A stretch of 64,000 nt of DNA from Bacteroidota bacterium (lineage in GTDB: Bacteria; Bacteroidota; Bacteroidia; NS11-12g; UBA9320), in contig JABIUV010000014.1 in assembly GCA_018700895.1 (NCBI GenBank), positions 49,086-113,085 of the forward strand, given 5' to 3'. Made by a program: the position numbers and the translations under genes. The notes under the pieces were generated by a model. The model had not been told where the DNA came from. It worked only from the letters and a program-made list of their open reading frames with translations, and made no database searches. Shown here one piece after another: positions 1-10,298 of this stretch (positions are counted from its first letter, which is position 1; every line of letters starts with the position of its first letter).

Positions 1-70
1 ATGGCACATCACAGATAGTTCTGTACTTATTGCACTATTAGCTTTCGTAGGCATACAGCTACAAGGTACA

Positions 71-451
71 TTGTTCAATTATTACTATGTGATATTGCGA
101 AATGAATTTGACGGAGACGATACCAGTCGTATCAACGAAAAACGTGCTCCAAAAGCATTGCCCGGCGAGAAACAACTTCATGTAAATATGCTTTATCAAA
201 CATTCAATATCTTATATCGCTTATTTGACCAAGCCATATATCATGCCGACCCCAAAGCTCCCAAAAAGCAAGAGATGCCACACTGGCTTATGACACTCGT
301 TTCGGCCATGGGCCTTGGTTTTCAGTTATTGATAATCGCAGTAATGTTAAGTGTTCAATTAGAGCGATATATTCTCCCATTTTTTGTGGGCTATACACTG
401 CTTATTCCCGTGCTTATTTTCATTAGACGACGAATTAATCGCCAGAACTAG
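71..451 (+). CDS. hypothetical small membrane protein
   Basis: 126-aa ORF. The C-terminal half is strongly hydrophobic (two predicted TM helices). No recognisable family motif. Confidence 0.3.
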   Translation: MFNYYYVILRNEFDGDDTSRINEKRAPKALPGEKQLHVNMLYQTFNILYRLFDQAIYHADPKAPKKQEMPHWLMTLVSAMGLGFQLLIIAVMLSVQLERYILPFFVGYTLLIPVLIFIRRRINRQN

Positions 452-511
452 AGCAATACCCATTTACACATTCGTGGTTAGGTATTACGCGAAAATCAAT
501 ACATTTGACAC

Positions 512-1447
512 GTGCCAGTAGATTTATCAGACATACTCGTAGTGGGTGTTTCATCACGAGCCTTATTTGACTTAGAAGAAGAGAATGCCATTTTCGAAAA
601 AGAGGGCATAGAAGGCTATCGCACCTATCAGCTTAAAAATGAAAACCAACCCCTCAAAATAGGTTCGGCTTTCTATCTCGTAAAAAGTCTACTAGAGCTT
701 AATAACCAAGCGAATAAACGCATTGTAGAAATCGTACTAATGAGTCGCAACAGCCCCGAGACTGGTGTGCGAATGCTCAACAGCATTACCCAACACGACT
801 TAGACATTACTCGCGTAGCACTGAGTGGTGGCGAGCCATTAGCACCCTATATAGATGCTTACGATATAGACCTCTTTTTGAGTAAGGATGACAAGGATGT
901 ACAAACCGTAATAGACTCACGGGCCTGTGCAGCTGCTTCCATTTATGCTCCACCACAATCATTTAACCCCAAAGACAATCGGGTAAAAATAGCTTTTGAT
1001 GCGGATGCAGTACTTTTTAGTGATGAGAGTGAGCATCGTTATAAAACGGAAGGTATAGATGCATTTCTGAAACACGAAAAAGAAAACGAAAACAATCCAC
1101 TCAAAAAAGGACCGTTTGCGGAGCTCCTCATCAAACTAAGCCGAATACAAGATCACCTGCCTATTACCATAGAGCTTTCGCCACTGCGACTAGCCATAGT
1201 TACGGCACGCAGTGCTCCGTCTCATATGCGAGTCATCAAAACTTTGCGTAAGTGGGGCGTATACGTAGATGAAGTATATTTTATGGGTGGATTATCCAAG
1301 GACAAGGTACTAGAAGCCTTTGGGGCTCATATCTTTTTTGATGATCAAGAGGCTCATTTAGAGTCGGCGAGCAAGGTAGTACCTAGCGGGAAAGTGCCTT
1401 ACGACTCATCCTCACCAATGAAGAATATAGAGCAATCCAAGAAATAA
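512..1447 (+). CDS. putative 5'-nucleotidase-family protein (HAD-like, PF06189-type)
   Basis: 311-aa ORF. N-terminal 'VVGVSSRALFDLEEEN' and the 'FDADAVLF...FFDDQ' layout resemble the bacterial 5'-nucleotidase family. This is a motif-level call only. Confidence 0.45.
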   Translation: MPVDLSDILVVGVSSRALFDLEEENAIFEKEGIEGYRTYQLKNENQPLKIGSAFYLVKSLLELNNQANKRIVEIVLMSRNSPETGVRMLNSITQHDLDITRVALSGGEPLAPYIDAYDIDLFLSKDDKDVQTVIDSRACAAASIYAPPQSFNPKDNRVKIAFDADAVLFSDESEHRYKTEGIDAFLKHEKENENNPLKKGPFAELLIKLSRIQDHLPITIELSPLRLAIVTARSAPSHMRVIKTLRKWGVYVDEVYFMGGLSKDKVLEAFGAHIFFDDQEAHLESASKVVPSGKVPYDSSSPMKNIEQSKK

Positions 1448-1524
1448 AATTACATATTCTCTCACCTTAAGTATCTGACGGAGCATAGTCCACGCCTTAC
1501 GCACCCTAAAATAGAGTACAAGCA

Positions 1525-3462
1525 TCACCTCTCCAATATAACCTTACCGCTTAACCACTGCTTGCCGATGGGGTAGCGTATGAGATAGATACCACTTGCG
1601 TAGCTACTAAGGTCTATGCGTTGAATGTTTTGTTTTTTGAGATTACTTACTACCTGCAACACCTTGCCGCTTAGGTCTGTAATATATAGCTCAGGTATAT
1701 CGACACTTGCTTTTATATTCACTATGCCACGTGTAGGGTTGGGATAGTATGTCCACGATATGTCTTTTGGGTTAGTCGAATTTGTCACCACACTACTCGT
1801 GTCAGTAAGCGTTGTGTTTACCGGCGTGTAGGTAATGCTATCTGCTGGATAATTCAGATTAAGATCGGGCAACTCCTGCTCAAAGTTTGGCATATACGTA
1901 TAGCTCTTGATAACACGTACCAGTAGGTCATTGAGTGTTTCTACTTTGTAGGTATCGGTACTTGGTTTTAGGTGACTACCCCCTATCCCACTATCATCGG
2001 TAAGAAAAGCATAAGTTCCATTAGTAGCCAAGGCAATACTCCTCATCAGGTATTCCGTCCCTTTATTTATACCACTAGCTACAAGCGGGACAATGCGGAT
2101 TCCCTTTTCGGCTGCTTGTCGGCTTACACGCTTTAGTTTTTCATGAATTTCTGGCGTGTTATGTGGTGGTGCATCGAGTATAAGAAAAAGTATTCTTGCC
2201 CGTGCATCTTCACTCCACTGTAGGGTATTGACAGCCGTATCGAGGGCAACTTCTACGGCTTCTTCAAAATCACCACCACCGCCAGCTTGCTGTTGACTGA
2301 TGAAAGATACCGACTCCGATAGTACTCGCGTAAAATCTTGCTGTTGTGTGAGGTAGGCATCTCCACGGTCGCGATAAAAAACATTGGCGAAGCTGAAATT
2401 TAACGTAGCACTTATCTCCTTACTTTTATAAATGACGTCATTCAGCTCTGCAGTAAGGTAGTTGAGCTCATCACTCATGCTCCCAGTGGCATCTACCACA
2501 AAGGCGATATCTACTTTTTGTGATTGTGTACATACTACATTAAGCTCTATGGTATTTATTCCGTTTGCAATAGTTTTTGCTTTACGTATGCCAAAGCTTT
2601 CACCATGATAATTTCCTACTATGCTAAACTTATTCTTTTTAAAGTCTCGGCCAGATATGCTTGCCCATAGCTCAGCCTTACCTGTATTATCAGTGCGAGC
2701 GGAGTAGTAACTTACACCCTCCTTATCTACCAGTTGTAATATAGCGTCTGCTAGCGGCAGCCCCTTTTTATCGGCAAGTTGAACCATATACCGATTGCTC
2801 ACACTATAACTCCATAGCTGGCTATATTGGGCAAATTCTCCTTCGGCTAAGTCTCCCCACAAGTCCCATTTGCTAAAATCATTAATCTCTCCAGTTGTGA
2901 GTTTTCCTGCGACTCCCTGTTGTGGAATGACGGGCCTACTAACTGAAATACCTCGGGGTGCACTCCGTTTCATCATCAAGGCACTTCTCGCAGGTTTCAC
3001 TGAGGTTGTAGCTCCTCGCGTTATAGTCTCAGGCGATTCTGGCGAAGCATCCATAAAATAACCCACTCCATCACCATCGTAATCACTATAGTCGGCTTTC
3101 TCTTCTACCGTCTCTTTTACTTTTACAGGTTTATACTTACTGTCCTTGTCCTCTGCCAGATTAAAATCTACACTCTCATCACTTTTTACTCGAATTTGCT
3201 GTGATATTTTTTTGTAACCGGCATAAACTATTTCAGCACGGTAAGTTCCTGTATCTAGTTCTACGTTAAAATTTCCTTCTTTATCTGCCAAAACCGACGC
3301 TACGAGCTCCTCTCCTTGGTAAATGTCTACATTAGCATAGCCTAAATCTATTGTTGCACTTAGACCCTTTACATTACCACTAATGCTCTGAGCTAAAGAT
3401 ATTTGCGGAAATAACACTACCGCAGTAAGGGTGAGTATGGAAGTAAATATATAATGTTTCAT
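1525..3462 (-). CDS. secreted von Willebrand factor A (vWA) domain protein with T9SS C-terminal sorting domain
   Basis: 645 aa. Signal peptide MKHYIFTSILTLTAVVLFPQISLAQ. vWA metal-ion-dependent adhesion site (MIDAS) motif 'VVDATGSMSDE'. N-terminal carboxypeptidase-regulatory-like beta-sandwich. C-terminal ~80 aa 'YYPNPTRGIVNIK...GIYLIRY...KVILER' typical of Por/T9SS sorting domains. Confidence 0.7.
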   Translation of the reverse strand: MKHYIFTSILTLTAVVLFPQISLAQSISGNVKGLSATIDLGYANVDIYQGEELVASVLADKEGNFNVELDTGTYRAEIVYAGYKKISQQIRVKSDESVDFNLAEDKDSKYKPVKVKETVEEKADYSDYDGDGVGYFMDASPESPETITRGATTSVKPARSALMMKRSAPRGISVSRPVIPQQGVAGKLTTGEINDFSKWDLWGDLAEGEFAQYSQLWSYSVSNRYMVQLADKKGLPLADAILQLVDKEGVSYYSARTDNTGKAELWASISGRDFKKNKFSIVGNYHGESFGIRKAKTIANGINTIELNVVCTQSQKVDIAFVVDATGSMSDELNYLTAELNDVIYKSKEISATLNFSFANVFYRDRGDAYLTQQQDFTRVLSESVSFISQQQAGGGGDFEEAVEVALDTAVNTLQWSEDARARILFLILDAPPHNTPEIHEKLKRVSRQAAEKGIRIVPLVASGINKGTEYLMRSIALATNGTYAFLTDDSGIGGSHLKPSTDTYKVETLNDLLVRVIKSYTYMPNFEQELPDLNLNYPADSITYTPVNTTLTDTSSVVTNSTNPKDISWTYYPNPTRGIVNIKASVDIPELYITDLSGKVLQVVSNLKKQNIQRIDLSSYASGIYLIRYPIGKQWLSGKVILER

Positions 3463-3725
3463 GGTGTTCTCTAGTATGGTGGAATATAGTGATTAATACC
3501 AAATGAGTTAAAAAGGTAAATGGCCAAAAAAAATAAGTTTACGATTAAAAGCTTTTAGCAGATTAAGATTAATCGTGACCTCACTCCATTCTCTTGAGGC
3601 CTATTCTCGTGAAGAAAGATGCGATGTTACTTCGAGTAACTTTGCTTAAAGCAAAACTGTACCTAGAACATCCATCTTAAATCATACAGCCTAAATCAAT
3701 AGCGAATAACCAATAATTCTTACAT

Positions 3726-4727
3726 TTGCCCTTCGTAAAAAAAGAGATGGCAAGACAACTGCAAATACGTGAAGCTCTTCGCGAGGCTATGAGCGAAGAA
3801 ATGAGAAAAGATGAGAATGTTTTCTTAATAGGTGAAGAAGTAGCTGAGTACAATGGTGCTTACAAAGTAAGTCAAGGAATGCTTGACGAGTTTGGTGAGA
3901 AAAGAGTGATTGATACTCCTATCGCTGAGCTTGGATTTGCGGGTATTGCTACTGGTGCTGCTACCAATGGATTAAAACCTATCGTAGAGTTTATGACATT
4001 TAACTTTAGCCTTGTAGCTATAGACCAAGTAATAAATGCAGCTGCAAAAATGAATAGCATGAGTGGCGGACAGTTCACCTGCCCAATGGTGTTCCGTGGC
4101 CCTACAGGCAGTGCAGGTCAACTTGGTGCACAACACTCTCAAGCATTTGAGAACTGGTATGCTAACTGCCCAGGACTTAAAGTAGCCGTACTTTCTAACT
4201 CGTACAATGCAAAAGGTCTTCTGAAAAGTGCGATAATTGATCCGGATCCAGTAATATTTATGGAAAGTGAGCAGATGTACGGACTAAAGCACGAAGTGCC
4301 TGAGGAAGAATACTACATCCCACTAGGACAAGCAAATATTCAAAAAGCCGGTACTGACGTAACGCTTGTATCATTTGGTAAAATGATGCGTGTTGCGGAG
4401 CAAGCAGTAATAGCTCTAGGTGAGCAAGGCATAGATGTAGAACTTATCGACTTACAGAGTGTGAGACCAATAGACTACCATACTTTAGCTGAGAGTATTA
4501 AGAAAACAAACCGATGTGTTGTGCTAGAAGAGGCTTGGCCACTAGCATCTATTTCATCTGAAATATCATATATGATGAGTCAAATGGTATTTGACCACTT
4601 GGATGCTCCTATCAAGCGTGTGACTACACTCGATACGCCGCTTCCTTATGCTGCTACTTTGGTAGAGGCGTGGTTACCAAACGTACAACGTGTTACTGAG
4701 GCTGTAAATGCCGTAATGTACCGCTAA
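3726..4727 (+). CDS. pdhB: pyruvate/2-oxoacid dehydrogenase E1 component beta subunit (transketolase-like)
   Basis: 333 aa with 'MARQLQIREALREAM...VFLIGEEVAEYNGAYKVSQGMLDEFGEKRVIDTPIAE' and a C-terminal transketolase C domain. The true start is probably the internal Met at 3747. Confidence 0.8.
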   Translation: MPFVKKEMARQLQIREALREAMSEEMRKDENVFLIGEEVAEYNGAYKVSQGMLDEFGEKRVIDTPIAELGFAGIATGAATNGLKPIVEFMTFNFSLVAIDQVINAAAKMNSMSGGQFTCPMVFRGPTGSAGQLGAQHSQAFENWYANCPGLKVAVLSNSYNAKGLLKSAIIDPDPVIFMESEQMYGLKHEVPEEEYYIPLGQANIQKAGTDVTLVSFGKMMRVAEQAVIALGEQGIDVELIDLQSVRPIDYHTLAESIKKTNRCVVLEEAWPLASISSEISYMMSQMVFDHLDAPIKRVTTLDTPLPYAATLVEAWLPNVQRVTEAVNAVMYR

Positions 4728-5058
4728 TAAAGAGCCGCTCCAATAAAAAATTGAAAGCCTTTCGTTCTTGCGGAAGGCTTTTTTTGATACCAAAAACCGA
4801 TAAATATTCACTGCCGATATGATAAATTGGCAAGCCATACGAGAAGAGCACCTTGCAGGCTATACTGGCATATACCTCAATTCTCCCGCAAATGGATTGC
4901 CGAGCCGGGCCTTATATGATGCCGAAACACACCATTCCTTACGTGTAAATGCACAACAAAGGTGGGAAAGTAAGATTGCCGCCGAACTCGAGTTGCTGTC
5001 GTGCTATCAGCAAAATACGATTATCAAACAACGAGAAGTAGTTGCCCGTCAGTAATTG

Positions 5059-6741
5059 CTATAACCTGTAGTCCAGAGCAGCGATGTTGAGTCGCATACC
5101 AAATCTAAATATGGTACTTTCTTTATCCGCTGCGAGTAAAGCATTATTCTGATTGCGAATATGAATTCCCGCATCCAAAAACAGATTATGCCATAGCATA
5201 TAGCTCACGTCTAGCGACAGGTTGCTGATATTGTTTTCTATACCTTGAAACATAGGATTTGAGCCAGCGGGTCGGTTTCCGTAGGTTCGTAGGTAGTCTC
5301 CGTCATAGTTGATTCCAGTGGCAGCGGTATCTATACCCTGCTTGGAGGTGCTGTATATGGCATTGACATTGAGCCGATTAGTAGGCTGGTAGCGAGCTAT
5401 AGCTATAAACTCACGCATATTGGTGCCCAGCGGATGAGCGAGTGACTGATTATAATGTGCCCAGTTTTGAGATTTTGATCGGTGTTGATACACGTATGGT
5501 CTGAGTTGGTTTACTTCTAGCTGCAGGCCAAGGTTATTGATATTAGCCACATTAATGTATTTGATTCCTGCCTGGTAGCCCCATTTATTTACCCAAGACT
5601 GAGTGCGGCCAAACATTTCATCTTTTATAAATTCGTCCAATATGAACTGCCCGTAAAATGAAAAACGATTCATAAAGTTCCATTTCCAGTCCATACCCAG
5701 TATGGCATTATCGCTACTATTGAGCCCGTGTTCCACCGCTCTATAAAAAATGATAGGATTGAGGTATGCTACCTCGTATCGGTTGCCTTCGGTAGAGTCT
5801 GAACGGTCGAAGATGATATTCTCAAACAAACCAATATTCAGATTTTTGCCAATATTCATGCTTAAATGATGAAAAGCAGAGAACTTACGGCCGTTGCGAG
5901 CTGATTCGCCTTGTTGTATGAAGTCTATGTGTTGGCTAAAGAGGTTTTGGTAGTTGAATTTCCAAACCTGCGTATTAAACTTTAAGAAAGGATGCGGAGC
6001 CGAAAAATCAGAAAGTATAAGCGAGCGATATCCGTTGCCTATGAAGTTATTATCGTGTCCAAACTGAACTGATATTTGCTCTATAGGCGAGAAGGTAATG
6101 TATCCCTTAGCATTGAAATAATCACGGGCTGCATCGCCAAAACTCTTGTTGAGCGTAGTGCCATCTACCACGCCAGTACGTGCGTGTTTTTCACGTAAAA
6201 ACGTGGGGTATTGTACTTGATTTTCTATCGCACTGGAATAAAAACCTACCTTGTTACCAATGTTGCCGCGTACCTCTACACCACGGCTGTTGTGATATAT
6301 AGGCAGGGAGTCCTGACTATCTACACCACCTGCAAATCTTAAAATAGGATTGAGCATCATATTAAAATTGTCTTCCTGCACCACAAGAAGAGCACTTTGA
6401 GTTTTATAAAAATGAGATAATATAGGTTTCTCTCTGAGAAGATTATCCGCATCATAATAAAGAAAGTTATCGTTTAGTAAATACGACTTGTTAAAGTCAT
6501 CAACTTTAGACCTGGTTCCAGTAGACTGCACAAAATTGCTCAATACATCACGGCGATAAGGCTTCACCGTGCTAAATAGTCGTGAAGGAAGACTGTCGCT
6601 CATAATCTCAAATCTATCAGAAATATGATAGTTAAAGTAGCCCAAAGTCAATTCACTTTGAGCATAAGATGTGATGGTGGACAGGAATATAGTAGCTAGT
6701 AGTGTTATTCTCATTTTAGTAAAATGCAGAGATAGGGGCAT
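5059..6741 (-). CDS. outer-membrane beta-barrel protein of unknown function (possibly Wzi-like capsule assembly family)
   Basis: 560 aa. Signal peptide MRITLLATIFLSTITSYAQ (likely true start near 6714). Composition rich in alternating aromatic/polar residues and Asn/Gly, typical of OM beta-barrels. Confidence 0.45.
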   Translation of the reverse strand: MPLSLHFTKMRITLLATIFLSTITSYAQSELTLGYFNYHISDRFEIMSDSLPSRLFSTVKPYRRDVLSNFVQSTGTRSKVDDFNKSYLLNDNFLYYDADNLLREKPILSHFYKTQSALLVVQEDNFNMMLNPILRFAGGVDSQDSLPIYHNSRGVEVRGNIGNKVGFYSSAIENQVQYPTFLREKHARTGVVDGTTLNKSFGDAARDYFNAKGYITFSPIEQISVQFGHDNNFIGNGYRSLILSDFSAPHPFLKFNTQVWKFNYQNLFSQHIDFIQQGESARNGRKFSAFHHLSMNIGKNLNIGLFENIIFDRSDSTEGNRYEVAYLNPIIFYRAVEHGLNSSDNAILGMDWKWNFMNRFSFYGQFILDEFIKDEMFGRTQSWVNKWGYQAGIKYINVANINNLGLQLEVNQLRPYVYQHRSKSQNWAHYNQSLAHPLGTNMREFIAIARYQPTNRLNVNAIYSTSKQGIDTAATGINYDGDYLRTYGNRPAGSNPMFQGIENNISNLSLDVSYMLWHNLFLDAGIHIRNQNNALLAADKESTIFRFGMRLNIAALDYRL

Positions 6742-6822
6742 AAAATAAAGTGTTTAAAAACTGTGTGGTTGGAGACAGAGGGTGATGTCAATAAGTATTA
6801 GTAGTCATATTATCTTCGCCAC

Positions 6823-8856
6823 GTGTCACCTCAAGCTAAATTACAAGAACTTACCGCCGAGCTCAAACAGCATAACTACGACTACTATGTATTAGCCAAT
6901 CCTACGATATCGGATCGAGAGTTTGATATGAAACTGAAAGAACTGGAGAAGCTAGAGCAGGCGTTTCCGCAGTATACCGACCCTAATAGTCCAACACAGC
7001 AAGTAGGTGGAGGTATCACCAAAAACTTTGAAACGGTACCTCACAGTACACGTATGCTAAGCTTAGGCAATACGTATAACAAAGAAGAACTACTTGATTT
7101 TGATAAGCGAGTAGCAAAACTGAATGGTGGTAATGCCTATCAATACACGGCAGAATTGAAATTTGATGGATTTGCTATTGCACTGCGTTATGCAGACGGT
7201 AAGCTATCTCGGGCAATCACCCGTGGTGACGGAACACAAGGTGATGATGTGACGGCTAACGTGAAAACCATTCGCAGTATCCCACATCAACTACGAGGTA
7301 ACTATCCACCCAACTTGGAAGTGCGTGGTGAAATATTTATGCACAAAGCAGCATTTGCGAAGCTCAATGAAGAGCGTGCTAATAAGGGAGAAGACCTTTA
7401 CAAAAATCCTAGGAATACTGCCGCTGGTACTATAAAACTGCAAGACAGTGCGGAGGTAGCCAAACGACCGTTAGATGGTTTCCTCTATCAACTCGCAGAG
7501 CACGGTAAAGAAGAGTTGGACCATTGGGATAGTCTGCAACGTATGAAAGAATACGGATTGCCAGTGAACGATGCTACCCAACTGTGCGACACCATAGAAG
7601 ATGTGTGGACGTTTATAGAGCATTGGGATACGGAGCGTAAAAATCTCAGCTTTGAGATAGATGGTGTGGTGATAAAGGTGAATAGCCGGCTGCAACAGCA
7701 GGAAATGGGATTTACCAGTAAGTTTCCGAGGTGGGCGATGTCATACAAGTTTGAGACGGAGCGTGCCGAGAGCAAGCTGCTCAGTATCAGCTACCAAGTA
7801 GGGAGAACGGGTGCAGTGACTCCTGTAGCTAACTTGGAACCCATGCAGCTTCTTGGCACTACAGTAAAACGAGCAAGTTTGCACAACGCCGATTTTATAG
7901 CGGAATTAGATATACGCATAGGAGATAGAGTATTTGTAGAAAAGGGAGGAGAAATCATCCCCAAAATAGTGGAAGTAGATGCCAGCGGCAGAGGCCCCGG
8001 TAGTGAGCCAACCCAATTTACGCCAACATGTCCAGAGTGCGAAACCCTATTGGAACGACCTGAAGGGGATGCCGTATACCGCTGTCCCAATACGCAGCAC
8101 TGCCCACCGCAGGTAAAAGGACGTATAGAGCATTTCATTGGTCGTAAGGCGATGGATGTAGCCAGTTTGGGAGAAGGGAAGATTGATGTGTTGTACCAAT
8201 CTGGATTGGTGCGGCGAGTAGCAGATTTGTACAGTTTGCAGGGGGAGCAGCTGCTTGGACTAAGCAAGAGCATTATAAATGAAGATACAGGAGATGAACG
8301 GATTGTAAGTTTTAAGGAAAAGACGGTAGAAAACATTGTGGGTGGAATTCAAGCTTCTAAGCAGATTCCTTTTGAGCGTGTGTTATTTGGTCTTGGAATA
8401 CGCTTTGTAGGTGAGACCGTAGCCAAAAAACTGGCGTTCCATTTTAAAAATATAGATGCACTGATCGCGGCAGATTTTGAGACATTAAATGCCGTGAGCG
8501 AGATAGGAGGAGTGATAGCTAAGAGTGTGATAGATTACTTCAGCATTCCTGAAAACAGAGAAGAAATAGAACAGATGAAAGTCGCAGGCTTGCAGTTTGA
8601 AGTCATAGAAAAAGAGCTAGCAAGTAATGCACTAGATGGAGCCAAAATAGTGGTGAGCGGAGTGTTTAATCGCTTTAGCAGAAATGAACTTAAGAAGTTG
8701 ATAGAAGACAATGGGGGGAAGAATGTAAGTTCTATCTCTAAATCAACTGACTTCATCGTAGCGGGAGACAGTATGGGTCCTGCCAAAAAAGAGAAAGCTG
8801 AAAAGCTAGGTGTCAGGATGATTACAGAGGATGAATTTGCAGAGATGTTGGGGTGA
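6823..8856 (+). CDS. ligA: NAD-dependent DNA ligase
   Basis: 677 aa. Adenylation motif 'ELKFDG'. N-terminal Ia domain 'LANPTISDREFDMKLKELE'. Cys4 zinc finger 'CPECETLLERPEGDAVYRCPNTQHC'. Helix-hairpin-helix (HhH) and C-terminal BRCT region. Confidence 0.95.
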   Translation: MSPQAKLQELTAELKQHNYDYYVLANPTISDREFDMKLKELEKLEQAFPQYTDPNSPTQQVGGGITKNFETVPHSTRMLSLGNTYNKEELLDFDKRVAKLNGGNAYQYTAELKFDGFAIALRYADGKLSRAITRGDGTQGDDVTANVKTIRSIPHQLRGNYPPNLEVRGEIFMHKAAFAKLNEERANKGEDLYKNPRNTAAGTIKLQDSAEVAKRPLDGFLYQLAEHGKEELDHWDSLQRMKEYGLPVNDATQLCDTIEDVWTFIEHWDTERKNLSFEIDGVVIKVNSRLQQQEMGFTSKFPRWAMSYKFETERAESKLLSISYQVGRTGAVTPVANLEPMQLLGTTVKRASLHNADFIAELDIRIGDRVFVEKGGEIIPKIVEVDASGRGPGSEPTQFTPTCPECETLLERPEGDAVYRCPNTQHCPPQVKGRIEHFIGRKAMDVASLGEGKIDVLYQSGLVRRVADLYSLQGEQLLGLSKSIINEDTGDERIVSFKEKTVENIVGGIQASKQIPFERVLFGLGIRFVGETVAKKLAFHFKNIDALIAADFETLNAVSEIGGVIAKSVIDYFSIPENREEIEQMKVAGLQFEVIEKELASNALDGAKIVVSGVFNRFSRNELKKLIEDNGGKNVSSISKSTDFIVAGDSMGPAKKEKAEKLGVRMITEDEFAEMLG

Positions 8857-8911
8857 CCAAATTGGGATTCTTCTATACATAAAACAAATCTTATAGTTAT
8901 TCTGTACCTTC

Positions 8912-9430
8912 GTGCCGTTGTTAAAATTTCTGATAAACATAGGGTTAAAAAAGTTAGCAAAACGCAAGGCTACGCCAAAAAATGAAGCTGTTAAAGGGGT
9001 AAATAGTATTACTGCAATGGGTTTTGTCTATCACGTAGATAAAACGCCTTTTGACACACTTAAAAAAATGGTGCACGATTATTCTAAGCAAGGAATTAAG
9101 ATATATACCCTTGGCTTCGTAGAGGAGAAAGACCTAACAGACTATGAAGCAGATGAGTTGAACCACTATTACTGTTTGAACGATATAAACCTTCTTAGAC
9201 TCCCTAAGCAAGCGAGTATAAACCATTTTGTCTCACAAAACTTTGATTATCTGATTAACCTGGATATGGAAGGGAGAAATGAGTTGCAGGCTATATCGGC
9301 TTATTCTGCGTCAAAAATCCGAATAGGTAAACAATTTGAAAACTACATAAATGCACATGACTTGATGATACGCAGTGTTGCCGAAACACCAACTGAATTG
9401 TTGCGGGATATTAATAGATACATTAAATAA
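8912..9430 (+). CDS. conserved hypothetical protein
   Basis: 172-aa ORF packed between ligA and dapA (stop 9428-9430, dapA ATG 9432). No recognisable motif. Confidence 0.4.
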   Translation: MPLLKFLINIGLKKLAKRKATPKNEAVKGVNSITAMGFVYHVDKTPFDTLKKMVHDYSKQGIKIYTLGFVEEKDLTDYEADELNHYYCLNDINLLRLPKQASINHFVSQNFDYLINLDMEGRNELQAISAYSASKIRIGKQFENYINAHDLMIRSVAETPTELLRDINRYIK

Positions 9431-9431
9431 C

Positions 9432-10298
9432 ATGAGAGACTTTAGAGGATTTGGGGTCGCAATGGTGACACCTTTCACAGCCGATGGAAAAATAGATTTA
9501 GAGGGGTTAGAAAAATTAACCAACCACCTCATAGATGGCGGGGTAAACTATCTTGTAGTAATGGGTACTACGGGCGAAAATCCCACACTCTCTGGCGAAG
9601 AACAGCAACTTGTTTTACAAAAAGTGAAGGAGGTGAATGCTGGCAGACGGCCTATCGTATTTGGCATAGGCGGGAATGATACGGCTGCGGTAGTACATCG
9701 ATTGAAAACAGAAAACCTAGAAGGCGTAGACGGAATATTGAGTGTAAGCCCGTATTACAACAAACCAAGTCAAGAAGGTATATACCAACACTTTAAGGCA
9801 GTAAATGATGCAACTCCACTGCCCGTAATTATGTATAACGTACCAGGTAGAACAGGATCAACGGTAAGTGCGGAAACTACACTTCGAATAGCAGCACTGC
9901 CCAACATCGTTGCAACTAAAGAGGCAACAGGTAGCTTTGATATCTGTATGGATATTGTAATGGATAAGTCGGAAGATTTTGATGTATTGAGTGGAGAAGA
10001 TGCTCTTACGATGCCATTTATTGCGGCGGGTATGCAAGGGGTAATTTCCGTAGTGGGCAATGCGTATCCCAAGGAGTTTAGCCAAATGGTTAACTACGCG
10101 TTGGATGGCGATTTCAAAAACGCCAAGCATCTTCATTACAAACTCTTGCCTATGATGAAAGCCATTTTTATGGACGGGAATCCGGGTGGAATAAAATACG
10201 TACTTGCCAAGTTAGGCATCTGTGGTAACCACTTCAGATTGCCCGTAGCACCTGTAAATGATGCTACAGCTAAGGCCTTGGATGAGGCGATGCTGTAA
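9432..10298 (+). CDS. dapA: 4-hydroxy-tetrahydrodipicolinate synthase
   Basis: 'FRGFGVAMVTPFTADGKIDLEGLEKLTNHLIDGGVNYLVVMGTTGE' is the classic DapA/NAL-family N-terminus. Start taken at ATG 9432 (MRDFRGFG...). The ORF track extends upstream to 9375. Confidence 0.9.
   Translation: MRDFRGFGVAMVTPFTADGKIDLEGLEKLTNHLIDGGVNYLVVMGTTGENPTLSGEEQQLVLQKVKEVNAGRRPIVFGIGGNDTAAVVHRLKTENLEGVDGILSVSPYYNKPSQEGIYQHFKAVNDATPLPVIMYNVPGRTGSTVSAETTLRIAALPNIVATKEATGSFDICMDIVMDKSEDFDVLSGEDALTMPFIAAGMQGVISVVGNAYPKEFSQMVNYALDGDFKNAKHLHYKLLPMMKAIFMDGNPGGIKYVLAKLGICGNHFRLPVAPVNDATAKALDEAML

Noticed and set aside
4819-5055. 78-aa ORF between pdhB and the OMP gene
   Set aside because: It has no motif and unremarkable composition. 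It overlaps the likely 3' UTR/terminator region of pdhB. Kept out of the feature list.
7471-8336. Several minus-strand ORFs (74-181 aa) inside ligA
   Set aside because: They are antisense shadows of a high-confidence, motif-rich ligA reading frame.
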